Shown: one piece after another, positions 1 through 8,989 of the stretch
How the letters are laid out: each line of letters begins with the position of its first letter
Position numbering within the stretch: the first letter of the stretch is position 1
Program-made: the position numbers and the translations under genes
IMG/VR virus record: IMGVR_UViG_3300049324_000053
From: a virus
Length of the DNA stretch: 64,000 bases
Direction: 5' to 3' (one strand)
Notes under the pieces: model-generated
What the model was told of the DNA's origin: nothing
Seen by the model: only the letters and a program-made list of their open reading frames with translations
The model's database searches: none

Positions 1-28
1 AGCGTCGGTGAGAGCCTGTAGGTATGCG

Positions 29-67
29 AAAGCACCCGGCCCCCTGTGAGGAGGGGTCGGGTGCCTT
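29..67 (-). terminator. Hairpin, probable terminator of the leftward TA/antitoxin operon
   Basis: GCACCCGGCCCC...GGGGTCGGGTGC inverted repeat with AAA on the left, just past the stop at 85. Confidence 0.55.
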
Positions 68-84
68 ATGTAGTCCGTGGTGCG

Positions 85-459
85 CTACCAGAGGGCCAGT
101 TCGATGACGCCCCAGTCGTCGCCGAAGTCGATCTGCAGGTACATGCGTCCACCGAGGGCTGTCAGGTGCTTACTCAGCGTGCTCAGCAGCAGATCCGGTT
201 GATCCTCCAGCAGGAGTTTGGTTGTGGTCTCATCGCCGTCCATCTGCCCGGCGAGTGCCAACGTTGCTTGCTGTATTGCCTCGCCTGTCGCGTTCATCCG
301 CAGGGTGTAGGTATCGTTGGTCTTCAGCAGTATCGCGAGCTTCTGGGCATTCGTCCGGTCCGGGTTTGGGCCGGATGCGCGCCCGACGAACCGCCGCGCT
401 CGTTCAAGCAGTTGCTCGACATGCGGCGACAGCTCGTCGTCAGCGTCGTCGTCGCTCAT
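85..459 (-). CDS. Degenerate HigA/XRE-like orphan antitoxin
   Basis: C-terminal DLLLSTLSKHLTALGGRMYLQIDFGD resembles the HigA-type DxxLSTLxxYxxALGG motif; HTH region looks degenerate; ATG at 459 overlaps the upstream stop (ATGA). Confidence 0.55.
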   Translation of the reverse strand: MSDDDADDELSPHVEQLLERARRFVGRASGPNPDRTNAQKLAILLKTNDTYTLRMNATGEAIQQATLALAGQMDGDETTTKLLLEDQPDLLLSTLSKHLTALGGRMYLQIDFGDDWGVIELALW

Positions 460-653
460 CGCGGCGGTAATCCAAGGCCGGCGCGGACCTCTTCCGAGGT
501 GTAGACGCGGCCGGCGGCAATGTCTGCCCTCGCTTCCTGGATCTCGGCGATGATGCGAGGGTTCGTGGACATACGCCGGATCTCGCGGCGAGTGATGAAG
601 ATCCTGTTGGTTCGGACGTATTTCTCCCACCATTGGTCGAGCGCCGAGAGCAT
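456..653 (-). CDS. Phd/YefM/RelB-like antitoxin C-terminal (toxin-binding) fragment, 65 aa
   Basis: NPRIIAEIQEARADIAAGRVYTSEEVR motif; no Phd N-terminal domain; TGATG coupling at 651-655. Confidence 0.6.
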   Translation of the reverse strand: MLSALDQWWEKYVRTNRIFITRREIRRMSTNPRIIAEIQEARADIAAGRVYTSEEVRAGLGLPPR

Positions 654-985
654 CAGGAAGCAGCCCTGACGGCGTTGTGCTGGAAGACTACCGGCGCGTC
701 TTCTCCGAGTGTAGCGATCAGCACCTGGCGTACCCATTCGGAACGTGACATGTGGCAGTTTGCTGCTGCTGCATCCACTGCCTTGGTCAGTTCGCGTGAG
801 GCGCGAACCCGGATCGTTGGTGATGGTCCAGGTTCAGAAGGTGCCAGGGGTGGCCGGCCACCCCTGCGTTCGAATCGGGTCATCGTGTCTTCGACCAGTT
901 CGTTGATGTATTCGTCCGTCAGCGGCCGGCCATGGCTGTCGTAGACGATTTCGTCATCTGGGATGTCGCGACCGGGCTTCCTCAT
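653..985 (-). CDS. RHH/CopG antitoxin
   Basis: GGRPPL...SPTIRVRASRELTKAVDAAAANCHMSRSEWVRQVL; ATGA-coupled to the toxin. Confidence 0.8.
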   Translation of the reverse strand: MRKPGRDIPDDEIVYDSHGRPLTDEYINELVEDTMTRFERRGGRPPLAPSEPGPSPTIRVRASRELTKAVDAAAANCHMSRSEWVRQVLIATLGEDAPVVFQHNAVRAAS

Positions 986-1236
986 GGTTTTCTCCTTCGG
1001 AGGTTGTAGGGCATCACATGAATGACGATGATCTCTTCTGGGAGATCCAGTGCGATGACTTCCAACACGAGACCTCGGTCGTCTGGGCCGAACCACATCA
1101 GCCGACCATCGTGCCCGTCGGTTCCTGTTTCGAATGTTGGCTCCGTGGTGTTCATGACGTGCTGGGCGTGGGCTTTGCCGATCCGGTGTTTTCGTGCTGA
1201 GCGGTACCAGCTGACCGGGCGATGATCGTCGGTCAC
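982..1236 (-). CDS. Putative type II toxin (small RelE/BrnT-like actinobacterial SARKH family)
   Basis: SARKHRIGKAHA...GPDDRGLVLEVI...IIVIHVMP; lies upstream of the RHH gene; CACAAT box 6 nt before the GTG. Confidence 0.7.
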   Translation of the reverse strand: MTDDHRPVSWYRSARKHRIGKAHAQHVMNTTEPTFETGTDGHDGRLMWFGPDDRGLVLEVIALDLPEEIIVIHVMPYNLRRRKP

Positions 1237-1344
1237 GTAAGTATTGTGGCACAGTACCGTGTGGGGTGGCAAGCTGCGTTGGGTGATCGACCGCGTGCGG
1301 AGTGTCACCCTGAAGCAGGACGTTTCGGGCGGTACCGTGCCTGT

Positions 1345-2160
1345 ATGGCCTCCAAAGCCGGTGATCCGGGTCCTGCCCGTCGTGCCGCGCGGGTAGGCAA
1401 GCCCGAAGCGCGTCGTTGCGCGCAGTGTGGCCAGAGCAAGCAGCTGCGCAACTTTCCGTATGTGTACGCCGATGGTGAGCCGCCGGGCGTGTGCCGGCGG
1501 TGTTTGTGGGCGGCGAAGCTGGCGGCGGATGAGGCCGGTGTGCGGCCGGTGCCGGTGCTGGTGGCTGATCCCCCGGTTCTGGTTTCGGCGCCGGCGCCAG
1601 TTGTCGACGAACCCACGTTGCCGGTGTCCGAGCCGCCGCTGTCTGATCCGCCGCCACTACCCGACCCGTTGCCACCTGACGTCTTGCCGCCCGATCCGTT
1701 GACGCCGCGGCCGGTCGTGTCGCCGCCGCCGAAGGTGGATCGCTGGCCGGCGGCGCTGCGTGCCTGCGGGGCCCCGAGTGACGATCTTGCCGAGTTGATG
1801 CGCCGTCAGGGCGGGGTGTGTGCGTGTTGCGGTTGCCCGTTCGGTGCGCGCAAGCCGCGCATCCACCGGGACCGTAGCCAGCCGGACCAGGACAGCTTCT
1901 GCGCGATCTTGTGCCATCGGTGTCTGAGCGCTCTGGGAATGCTGAACAACGAGGTGCGGCTGGTGGCGCGGGCGGCGGACTATCTGCGGTCGGTGTCGGC
2001 GGCTGATGCGGATCCGTGTGTGACGACGCCTGTTCCGCCCGCTACGGGCGCGTCGTGGCGGGTGTTGACGCCGGGGATGGTGGTGTGCGTGCCGGTGGTG
2101 TCCTGGTGGGTGCGGGTGCGATCGCGGTTCGTTTCCTGGTGGATGTCGGGTCGTCCCTGA
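1345..2160 (+). CDS. Recombination endonuclease VII-like protein, probably catalytically degenerate
   Basis: N-terminal CxxC...CxxC, Pro-rich linker, QGGVCACC...LCHRCLSALG...ARAADYL; leaderless TACCGT-N6-ATG. Confidence 0.65.
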   Translation: MASKAGDPGPARRAARVGKPEARRCAQCGQSKQLRNFPYVYADGEPPGVCRRCLWAAKLAADEAGVRPVPVLVADPPVLVSAPAPVVDEPTLPVSEPPLSDPPPLPDPLPPDVLPPDPLTPRPVVSPPPKVDRWPAALRACGAPSDDLAELMRRQGGVCACCGCPFGARKPRIHRDRSQPDQDSFCAILCHRCLSALGMLNNEVRLVARAADYLRSVSAADADPCVTTPVPPATGASWRVLTPGMVVCVPVVSWWVRVRSRFVSWWMSGRP

Positions 2161-2184
2161 GATCCGGCTTCCGGTGCGCCGATG
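2158..2184 (+). promoter_or_regulatory. Putative late promoter, copy 1
   Basis: TGAGATCCGG-N10-GCCGATG; one of five copies upstream of structural/lysis genes. Confidence 0.6.
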
Positions 2185-2216
2185 ACTGCTGGGAGTGAGA
2201 AACGGGAGGCGAGGCC

Positions 2217-2744
2217 ATGCCAGTCGCAGATGTCGTCATGGAAACCTGGCGCGCGGTCACTGAGATGACTGTGTGGGTGTGGGTGCGTGACGAGCGTAAC
2301 GGCGGGTTCCGTAAGCAGCGGGTCGGTGGGGGCAATGGTGGATCCCGGGTGCTGCGTATCAGCCATGATGATCGTCTTTACAATGCCGAGATCACTGCTG
2401 AGGAATGCCGGTCCGCCGATCCGTTCAGCAATGGTGCGTTACGTCTTGAGGGTGAATCGGCGTTCGGTGATGTCGATGTGCGTTATCACTGGACGGATGC
2501 TGAGTACGAGAATCTGATCGCGGTGCGTGATGAGGGTCTGTTCCGTGAGCAGGTTGAGGAGATCGGTTCGGAGCTGGTGTTGCGCCGGCTGCGGTCGCTG
2601 ACGGAGCGGTCGGGGACGACGGCGCAGAACGAGATCATCACTGAGGTGTTGGCGGTGCGGTATCCGGTCGGTGGGTCGCAGCGGACATATCTGGAGATGG
2701 CCGCGGAACGTGCGCAGGCCCCTGGCATTCCGTTGAGCGCTTGA
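2217..2744 (+). CDS. Hypothetical structural-region protein
   Basis: GGGAGG SD; follows late promoter; abuts the next gene. Confidence 0.6.
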   Translation: MPVADVVMETWRAVTEMTVWVWVRDERNGGFRKQRVGGGNGGSRVLRISHDDRLYNAEITAEECRSADPFSNGALRLEGESAFGDVDVRYHWTDAEYENLIAVRDEGLFREQVEEIGSELVLRRLRSLTERSGTTAQNEIITEVLAVRYPVGGSQRTYLEMAAERAQAPGIPLSA

Positions 2745-2745
2745 T

Positions 2746-3177
2746 ATGAGCGGCTCGAAGAGTGACTATCTGGAAGCGGCACTGCTGAATCTGGTGCTGG
2801 GTGGTACGGCGTGGACGGCGCCGGCGAACGTGTATGTGGCGTTGTCCACGGCCACCTATTCGGACACGGCGACGGGCACGTCGATGACTGAGGTGTCCAC
2901 GACGTCCACCGGTTATGCGCGGGTGTTGCTGACCAACAATGCCACCAACTGGCCGGCGGCGTCGGGGACGAGCCCGACGACCAAGGCCAATGGTACGACG
3001 ATCACGTTTCCGACGGCGTCCGGCAGCTGGGGCACGGTGACGTCGTTCTATCTCGTCGACGCGGCCAGCGCCGGGAACGTGCTGTACGGCGGTGACCTGT
3101 CGGCGTCGAAGGCGATCGCTTCCGGGGACACGGCATCGTTCGCCGCGACGACCGGCATCACGATCACGGAGGACTGA
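2746..3177 (+). CDS. Small virion structural/fibre-associated protein
   Basis: SDYLE..LL....G.AW.AP..VYVAL.T...YARV...ITFP.A..SWGTVT family motif common in phage virion modules. Confidence 0.75.
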   Translation: MSGSKSDYLEAALLNLVLGGTAWTAPANVYVALSTATYSDTATGTSMTEVSTTSTGYARVLLTNNATNWPAASGTSPTTKANGTTITFPTASGSWGTVTSFYLVDAASAGNVLYGGDLSASKAIASGDTASFAATTGITITED

Positions 3178-3180
3178 CCG

Positions 3181-3495
3181 GTGGCTACCAGCTACGAGAC
3201 GGTGCTCGACGAGGCCGGTTTCACCGCCGACAGCGATCTTGCGTCTCAGCTGTCCGATCATGCGGACGCTGCGGGGATGCGCAGCAATGGTGCGTACGAG
3301 CTGCACGGTGCTTGGAGCAAGGGTGACGTGCGGGTGCATCTGGAGCAGACCACCGCTCCGGATGCGAGCGGCGGCATGAAGATCATCGTTGAGCATCCGC
3401 CGGTACTGATCGTGGTCGCCCCGAATCTGCGGGTCGCGGTCAACCCTGACGACACCGACGCGCTGACCTCGCTGCTGACCGAGATCGCTTCCTGA
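3181..3495 (+). CDS. Hypothetical protein
   Basis: Fills the operon gap; GAGGA SD. Confidence 0.6.
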   Translation: MATSYETVLDEAGFTADSDLASQLSDHADAAGMRSNGAYELHGAWSKGDVRVHLEQTTAPDASGGMKIIVEHPPVLIVVAPNLRVAVNPDDTDALTSLLTEIAS

Positions 3496-3511
3496 CTTCG
3501 GGAGGTGCGGC

Positions 3512-4459
3512 ATCAGTAACGAGCGGCGGGCACGGACCAACTTCGTTCTCGGTGTTCTGACCACGGCGGTCGGTACTACCGACGTGACGCTGGTGGGTGA
3601 CGCCTTCGCAAATCTGCCGGCCATCGATTCCACCAGCCATGCCGCGATCAGCCTGATCGACACCGTGAACGGCTGGTACGAGATCGCGACGGTGACGGCG
3701 CATACCGCGGCGTCGAGCACGGTGACGGTGCTGCGGGGGCAGGAATCCAGCACCGCGTTGACGTGGGCGGCGGGCAGCACGTTCGTCGCCGCCCCGACGA
3801 CGCGCGACTTTCCGGCCGGTCCGGACTATCCGTGGGCCGGGGACACGTTGACGGGTGGCCCGTACGACCAGGAGTTCGACCGGATCGGTGTGAACTCCAC
3901 GTTGCCGACGGGCTGGTCGTGGGTGGGGCAGGGCAGCGCCACCTATGAGGAGCAGTACGGCTGGGGGTCGATCGTCACTCCCGGTTACAGCCCGACGTCC
4001 GGTTATCAGCACTGGATGGTGGTGCGCAGCCTGCCGTCCGCGGCGACGTGGACGGCCACCGCGAAGATCGCCGGTGCGTTTCCGAAGTCGGCGACGGCGG
4101 GTGCGGGCAGCAACCCGACGATGCTGCTGCGCGAGAGTACGACGGGCAAGTTCATCACGATCGAACCGCGGCAGCATCTGTCGGCGCTGTACTCGGTGAC
4201 GTACACCGGTCCGACGACCGGTGGTGCGGTGCTCACGTCGCCGGCGTGGGTGGCGACCATCGGGCCGCAGTATCTGCGGTTCGCGCGGACCGCGACCAGT
4301 ACCTATGTGCTGTCGGCGTCGATGTCGGGCAGTACGTTCGTCCCGTTCTATACCTGGACGTCGTCGTTTACTCCCAACCAGGTGGGATTCGGCGCGGCGC
4401 AGGAGATCGGGCCGCTCGGGGCGGCGGTCGCGCACTGCGACTGGCTGCGGGTCAGGTGA
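3512..4459 (+). CDS. Virion fibre/lectin-like protein; apparent ATC start (first standard start 3584)
   Basis: YEIATVTAH...TVLRGQESSTALTW N-terminal motif and beta-rich C-terminus; GGAGGT SD 5 nt before an in-frame ATC. Confidence 0.6.
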   Translation: MSNERRARTNFVLGVLTTAVGTTDVTLVGDAFANLPAIDSTSHAAISLIDTVNGWYEIATVTAHTAASSTVTVLRGQESSTALTWAAGSTFVAAPTTRDFPAGPDYPWAGDTLTGGPYDQEFDRIGVNSTLPTGWSWVGQGSATYEEQYGWGSIVTPGYSPTSGYQHWMVVRSLPSAATWTATAKIAGAFPKSATAGAGSNPTMLLRESTTGKFITIEPRQHLSALYSVTYTGPTTGGAVLTSPAWVATIGPQYLRFARTATSTYVLSASMSGSTFVPFYTWTSSFTPNQVGFGAAQEIGPLGAAVAHCDWLRVR

Positions 4460-4465
4460 GCTGAC

Positions 4466-5281
4466 GTGCCGATCCACTACTACACCGACACCGCGCAACC
4501 CACGACGCTGTCCAGTGCGATTCTCGCGACGGGGACCTCGATCATCGTGCCCAGTCTCGTGGGATATCCAGCGCAGTATCCCTTCACGCTGCGCCTTGAT
4601 CCGGGCACCAGCAGCGAGGAACTCGTCGATGTCACCGCCGCGCCGACCGGGTCCGGCCCGTACACGCTGACCGTGACGCGCGGCGTGAACGGCACGACCG
4701 CGCTCGCCCACCCCGGCGGAACTGCCGTCACGCTCGGCTGGACCGGCCGGGACGCGACCGAGGCCGCGACGCATCAGTACACGCAGCCGCTGCTGAACAC
4801 CGGCGCCGGTGTGCACGGGCTGCCGACCGGTCAGGCGGTCCTCGGGTACGACAGCAGCTACACGGTGGCCCGTCCGGACGGTGCGGCATTGTCGACGGTG
4901 GCGACGGTGGCGTTGACCAACGTGAATACGATCAATGGATATGTGGTCGCGCCGACCAGCGTTCCGATCACCGCGTCGAACGGGTGGGTCAATGTTGCCA
5001 CAGGTTATCGCACCTTACGTTATCAGGGCCCTGATGCGCGTGGCCTGGTCACAGTGGAGGGCTATCTGAAAAGTGGCACCGTGGCGGCGAACACCACTAT
5101 CGCGTCCGGACTGCCCAGCCCACAGGCGACAATCATGTTTCTGGGGGTCGCCTGGATCTCGACGACATCCGCTGCGCCGGCGTTCCTGACTCTCGGTCCT
5201 GCCGGCAATATTTCGAACACCGTGGCGATGGCCGCGGGTAGTCAGCTGTTTATCGAGCTGATTTACAGCGTGTCTGCTTGA
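4466..5281 (+). CDS. Virion fibre protein
   Basis: GYP..YPFTL.LDPG...EELV.VT...TVTRG.NGT.A.AH motif; lower-GC, probably swapped C-terminus. Confidence 0.7.
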   Translation: MPIHYYTDTAQPTTLSSAILATGTSIIVPSLVGYPAQYPFTLRLDPGTSSEELVDVTAAPTGSGPYTLTVTRGVNGTTALAHPGGTAVTLGWTGRDATEAATHQYTQPLLNTGAGVHGLPTGQAVLGYDSSYTVARPDGAALSTVATVALTNVNTINGYVVAPTSVPITASNGWVNVATGYRTLRYQGPDARGLVTVEGYLKSGTVAANTTIASGLPSPQATIMFLGVAWISTTSAAPAFLTLGPAGNISNTVAMAAGSQLFIELIYSVSA

Positions 5282-5314
5282 CGTTCTGTGTGATCCCTAC
5301 CGGAAGGTTCCACG

Positions 5315-5632
5315 ATGGCATTCACCGACGAAGCGGCGCTCGCCACCGACGTCACGTTTCGCCAGCGGGTGACGATCGCCACTGTTGTGGCCGCGAAGGC
5401 GGTCATGGCCGAGGCGTTCGCCGGTCCGGGGCACGAGAATTACCACATCCTGCGCCAGCAGCTTGCTCAAGGTGTGATGAACACCCCGGCGGCTTACACC
5501 GATCGGTTCGCCCTCGCGGTGGCCAGCAACCCGGCTATCGACGCCAATTCCGACGACGGCTCGCTGCAGTTTACGGTGAACAGCGTCTGGTCGTTGATGG
5601 CCGGTGTGCCTTCATGGCAGGTGCCTTCCTGA
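5315..5632 (+). CDS. Small fibre-associated hypothetical protein
   Basis: LATD..FRQRV...D..LQFTVNSVW..MAG pattern; GGAAGG SD. Confidence 0.6.
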   Translation: MAFTDEAALATDVTFRQRVTIATVVAAKAVMAEAFAGPGHENYHILRQQLAQGVMNTPAAYTDRFALAVASNPAIDANSDDGSLQFTVNSVWSLMAGVPSWQVPS

Positions 5633-5675
5633 CGCGCGTCGTGTTCTGAGGGCAGCGTAAGGCAGGGGGTGTGGT

Positions 5676-8228
5676 GTGGCGTGGGGTCTTGCGTTCACGC
5701 TGCCCGGCGGCCGGTTTCGTACGTCGACATCCCTGCCCGGCTACGCGCTCGCCGGTTACGGTGTCGCCGCCTACGCCGACAGTGCGGTACCAGCGGGCAG
5801 CAGGACACTTAACGCGCAGGTCACCGCCACCGCCACCACCGCCGCGGCGCTGGGTTTCAGCTGGCAGCTGCAAGGACAGCCGGCCGCCGGCAGCGCGCAG
5901 ACCACCGGCCAGCTGGGGTTGCCGCGGCACCTGACGGCCACCGCCGCCGGCGCCGGCGTGGTCACCGCTACCGGTAGCCGCCGCGTTCAGGTGACCTGCA
6001 CGGCTGCCGGTCATGCGAGCGTCACGACCGGGGTGTTGCGCCGGGTGCAGACGCTGACCGGGTCGGGCGCCGGTCATGGTGCGCTCACCGGGACGGCGCG
6101 GGTTGCCCGCAGACTCACCGGCACCGCCGCGGCCGGCGCGGGAGTGACCGCTACGGGTGCGGTCGTGCGCCGCCTGACCGGCGCCGCCATCGGCGTCGCG
6201 TCCGGCGCCGCGACGGTCGCCCGTAACCGGGGTCTGAACGGGCATGCGGCCGGTGCCGGGGTGATGTTCGCCGGACGGTACTTGCAGGCGTATGTGCTGA
6301 CGTCCTCGTGTGCCGGCGCCGGCAGTGCCGGCGGCGGGCTGTTGCGGTTGCGGCGGACCACGGCGACCGCCGCGGGGTCGGCGAGTGTTGTCGCCGCTGT
6401 GCCCGTCGCGCGCAAGCTGACTGCCGTTCCGGCCGGTCATGTGGCGGTCGCCGCCACCGTCAAGATCGCGGGAACGTTCACCGGTAGTAGTGTCGCCGCC
6501 GCGATCTTGTCCGCGACTCTTGCCCGCGGCCGTCGTGTCACCGGTGCCGCTGCCGGTATCGCGACAGCGGCCGCGGTGCCACGCGGCACCATTCCGCTCG
6601 CCGCGGTCGTCGCCGGCGCCGGCGTGGTCACCGGCGCCATGACGGCCCGGCGGGTTCTCGTTGCCGTCGTGCACGGGGCGAGCAGTGTCGGCGGCGCTGT
6701 CCGCCGTCGTTATGCGCTGACCGGTTCGGGTGCCGGCACCGGCGACGGCGCCGGTGTGCTGCTGGCTGGGCTCGCCACGCTGACCGCTGCTAGTACCGGC
6801 AGCGCAGCGACGAGCGCGGTACTGCCCCGTGCCCGGCGTCTGACGGTCGTCAGCGCCGGGTGGACGGTGGCGACGGCGCAGGCGTTGCCCGACCGGGGTT
6901 TGACCGCCACCGTGACCGCGGCTGCCACCACGAGCAGTGTGCTGACCCAGCTGGTGCCCACGTTCGGGGTGACCCGGCTGCTGACCGTGACCAGCGATGG
7001 GGCTGCCACGGCCGGTGCGGACGCGGCGGTGGCGGTCCTTGCTGTTCTCGCCGGCGCCGGTGACGGTGCGGCCACCGCCGGTGCGGTGGCCACGTTTGCG
7101 GTGGCGTTCGCCGCCGGTGGTGCCGGTGTTGCGGCCGGTGGCGGTGACCTGGTCCGGCGGCGGGGTGTGACCGCTGCGAGCGTCGGTGCCAGCAGTGCCG
7201 AGGCTGGGGGGGTTGTCTTCTGGGCGTTGCGCGTGGACAGCGCCGGCGGTGCGGTGTCGGCCGGTTCGATGTCGGCCGGCCGGGGTTTGGCCGGCGCCGG
7301 TGACGGCAGGGGCGTCGTTGCTGCGAGCGTGACTCTGCTGCAGCTGCTGGCCGGGGTGACGGCGGGCGGCGCTGCGGTTGTTGTGAACGTCGACCGGGAT
7401 CGGGGGTTGGCCGCGTCGGCTACCGGCATCGGCGACGGCGCCGGTGTGCTGGGTCTGGTGCGGCTGCTGGCCGGCGCCGGCAACGGTGGCGCTGCTGTTG
7501 TTGTGCTGCTGGCAGGTGGTCGTGATGTCACGGCGGCCGCGGACGGCATGTCGAGCGCCGACGGGACGGTTGCTGTTGTCCGGCTGCTGGCCGCCGCCGC
7601 GGCCGGTGCTGCTACGTTCGCCGTCGAATTGGTGAGTGCCCGGGGCCTGGTGGGGGTGTTCACGGCCGGCGCGGTGGCCGGTGCGCAGCTGGCGGTGCTG
7701 CAGCTGCCCAGCGGGTCCGGTGCCGGCGCGGCTGTTGTGGTGGCAGCTGTTCGTGGTGACTGGAGTGTGACTGGCGCCGGTGGGGGGGCCGGCAGCGGGG
7801 CCGGGGTTCTGGTGCTGGGGCTGGCGCTGTTGAACGGCGCCGGCGCTGGTATCGGTCAGGTCGCTGCGGCGGCAATGGTGGCACTGATCGGCGTCGAAAG
7901 TTTCATCGAGGGGTGTTCAACGGTCGTTTGCTGGGTCGAACTGGCGGTGGTGTTCACCGGTGAGCCTGCCGCCGGGGTCGCTGCCGGCACCGCTGCGGTG
8001 ATCGGGGTGCTGGCGCTCGCGCCCACCGCGGTGGCGGTCACCTTTGCCGCTGTTCGTATTGCCGGGGTCACTGTTCTGGCGGCGCTGCTCGGCCTGGCGG
8101 TACCCGAACCGGTGCTGCCGCCGGCGCCATCCCCGGTGCCTCGTGCGGCGCCGCAGGTGGCAGCGAGCAGTGTCGGCGCTGGTGGGGTGGCGGACGTGGT
8201 GCATTTTCATGGCGGCCGTGCCCGGTGA
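5676..8228 (+). CDS. 850-aa Ala/Gly/Val-rich repetitive virion-region protein
   Basis: Long ORF with ~19-aa imperfect repeats such as RRLTGTAAAGAGVTA. Confidence 0.6.
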   Translation: MAWGLAFTLPGGRFRTSTSLPGYALAGYGVAAYADSAVPAGSRTLNAQVTATATTAAALGFSWQLQGQPAAGSAQTTGQLGLPRHLTATAAGAGVVTATGSRRVQVTCTAAGHASVTTGVLRRVQTLTGSGAGHGALTGTARVARRLTGTAAAGAGVTATGAVVRRLTGAAIGVASGAATVARNRGLNGHAAGAGVMFAGRYLQAYVLTSSCAGAGSAGGGLLRLRRTTATAAGSASVVAAVPVARKLTAVPAGHVAVAATVKIAGTFTGSSVAAAILSATLARGRRVTGAAAGIATAAAVPRGTIPLAAVVAGAGVVTGAMTARRVLVAVVHGASSVGGAVRRRYALTGSGAGTGDGAGVLLAGLATLTAASTGSAATSAVLPRARRLTVVSAGWTVATAQALPDRGLTATVTAAATTSSVLTQLVPTFGVTRLLTVTSDGAATAGADAAVAVLAVLAGAGDGAATAGAVATFAVAFAAGGAGVAAGGGDLVRRRGVTAASVGASSAEAGGVVFWALRVDSAGGAVSAGSMSAGRGLAGAGDGRGVVAASVTLLQLLAGVTAGGAAVVVNVDRDRGLAASATGIGDGAGVLGLVRLLAGAGNGGAAVVVLLAGGRDVTAAADGMSSADGTVAVVRLLAAAAAGAATFAVELVSARGLVGVFTAGAVAGAQLAVLQLPSGSGAGAAVVVAAVRGDWSVTGAGGGAGSGAGVLVLGLALLNGAGAGIGQVAAAAMVALIGVESFIEGCSTVVCWVELAVVFTGEPAAGVAAGTAAVIGVLALAPTAVAVTFAAVRIAGVTVLAALLGLAVPEPVLPPAPSPVPRAAPQVAASSVGAGGVADVVHFHGGRAR

Positions 8229-8237
8229 GCGGGTCTT

Positions 8238-8405
8238 TCACTGCCGGTTCGCGGCACGCTCCCACGGATCGTCGACCGGATCGTCGATGCCCGCGTCGAT
8301 GTCGGCTCGCCACTCGCGCCAGTCCTGTGGCGGCAGCGTCGCAAGGAACGCGTTCACGTCCGCGCCGGTCACCGGTGGCTTGCCGGGCGGGTCGTTCGTC
8401 TGCAC
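8238..8405 (-). CDS. 55-aa orphan VapB/Phd-like antitoxin C-terminal fragment (below ORF-track cutoff)
   Basis: Hand translation MQTNDPPGKPPVTGADVNAFLATLPPQDWREWRADIDAGIDDPVDDPWERAANRQ; paralog at 50973-51140; TAGGCT-N7-GTG. Confidence 0.65.
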   Translation of the reverse strand: MQTNDPPGKPPVTGADVNAFLATLPPQDWREWRADIDAGIDDPVDDPWERAANRQ

Positions 8406-8425
8406 CTTCGTGAGCCTAGCGACGT

Positions 8426-8452
8426 TCGCATCCGGGTGCGGCCCGGTCGATG
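8426..8452 (+). promoter_or_regulatory. Putative late promoter, copy 2
   Basis: TCGCATCCGG-N10-GTCGATG upstream of 8461. Confidence 0.55.
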
Positions 8453-8460
8453 TCTACGGC

Positions 8461-8985
8461 GTGACGGATCTGCTCGACTACGTGCCGGCGTTGGAGCGTG
8501 CTGTCGCCCCGCCGGGCACGTTCGCGGCGACGTTCCCCGCGGCCGGCACCGACGACATGGTCGGTTATCTGCTTGATGGTCTTGCCGAGGCGCAGATGGA
8601 CGGGTTCCTGATGGATCCGCGTCTGACGTTCACCCAGGACGGGGTGGTGACACCGGATCTGAGCCCGGGGCAGGCGGCGCTGGTGACGATGTATGCCGGG
8701 TTGCGGCTGCTGCGGGCGACACTGCTCAACCGGGTCGGGTCCACCCGGTACAAGGCCGGGCCGGTGGAGTACGAGACGTCGACCGGTACGAGCCTGCTGG
8801 TGGCGTTGCTGAAGGAAGCTCAGGACCGCCGGGATCGGCTGCTGGTCCGGTTGCAGACGCTCGCGGGAGGGATGAGTTTTGCGATGGGCGACCTGTATCT
8901 GCTCAAAGCGACCGGCAGTTACGGGGTGGCGATCGCCGAGCTGCCTTCGCTCGGGCAGGTGTACGACCCGATGATGGGCGGCTGA
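8461..8985 (+). CDS. Head-to-tail adaptor-like protein
   Basis: RYKAGPVEYE motif; first gene of the joining cluster. Confidence 0.6.
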   Translation: MTDLLDYVPALERAVAPPGTFAATFPAAGTDDMVGYLLDGLAEAQMDGFLMDPRLTFTQDGVVTPDLSPGQAALVTMYAGLRLLRATLLNRVGSTRYKAGPVEYETSTGTSLLVALLKEAQDRRDRLLVRLQTLAGGMSFAMGDLYLLKATGSYGVAIAELPSLGQVYDPMMGG

Positions 8986-8989
8986 ACCG

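Noticed and set aside
653-1675. ORF-track long starts (also 8044, 33537, 33671, 36568, 37499, 40909)
   Set aside because: The extensions overlap other genes; internal starts have SD, coupling or leaderless support.
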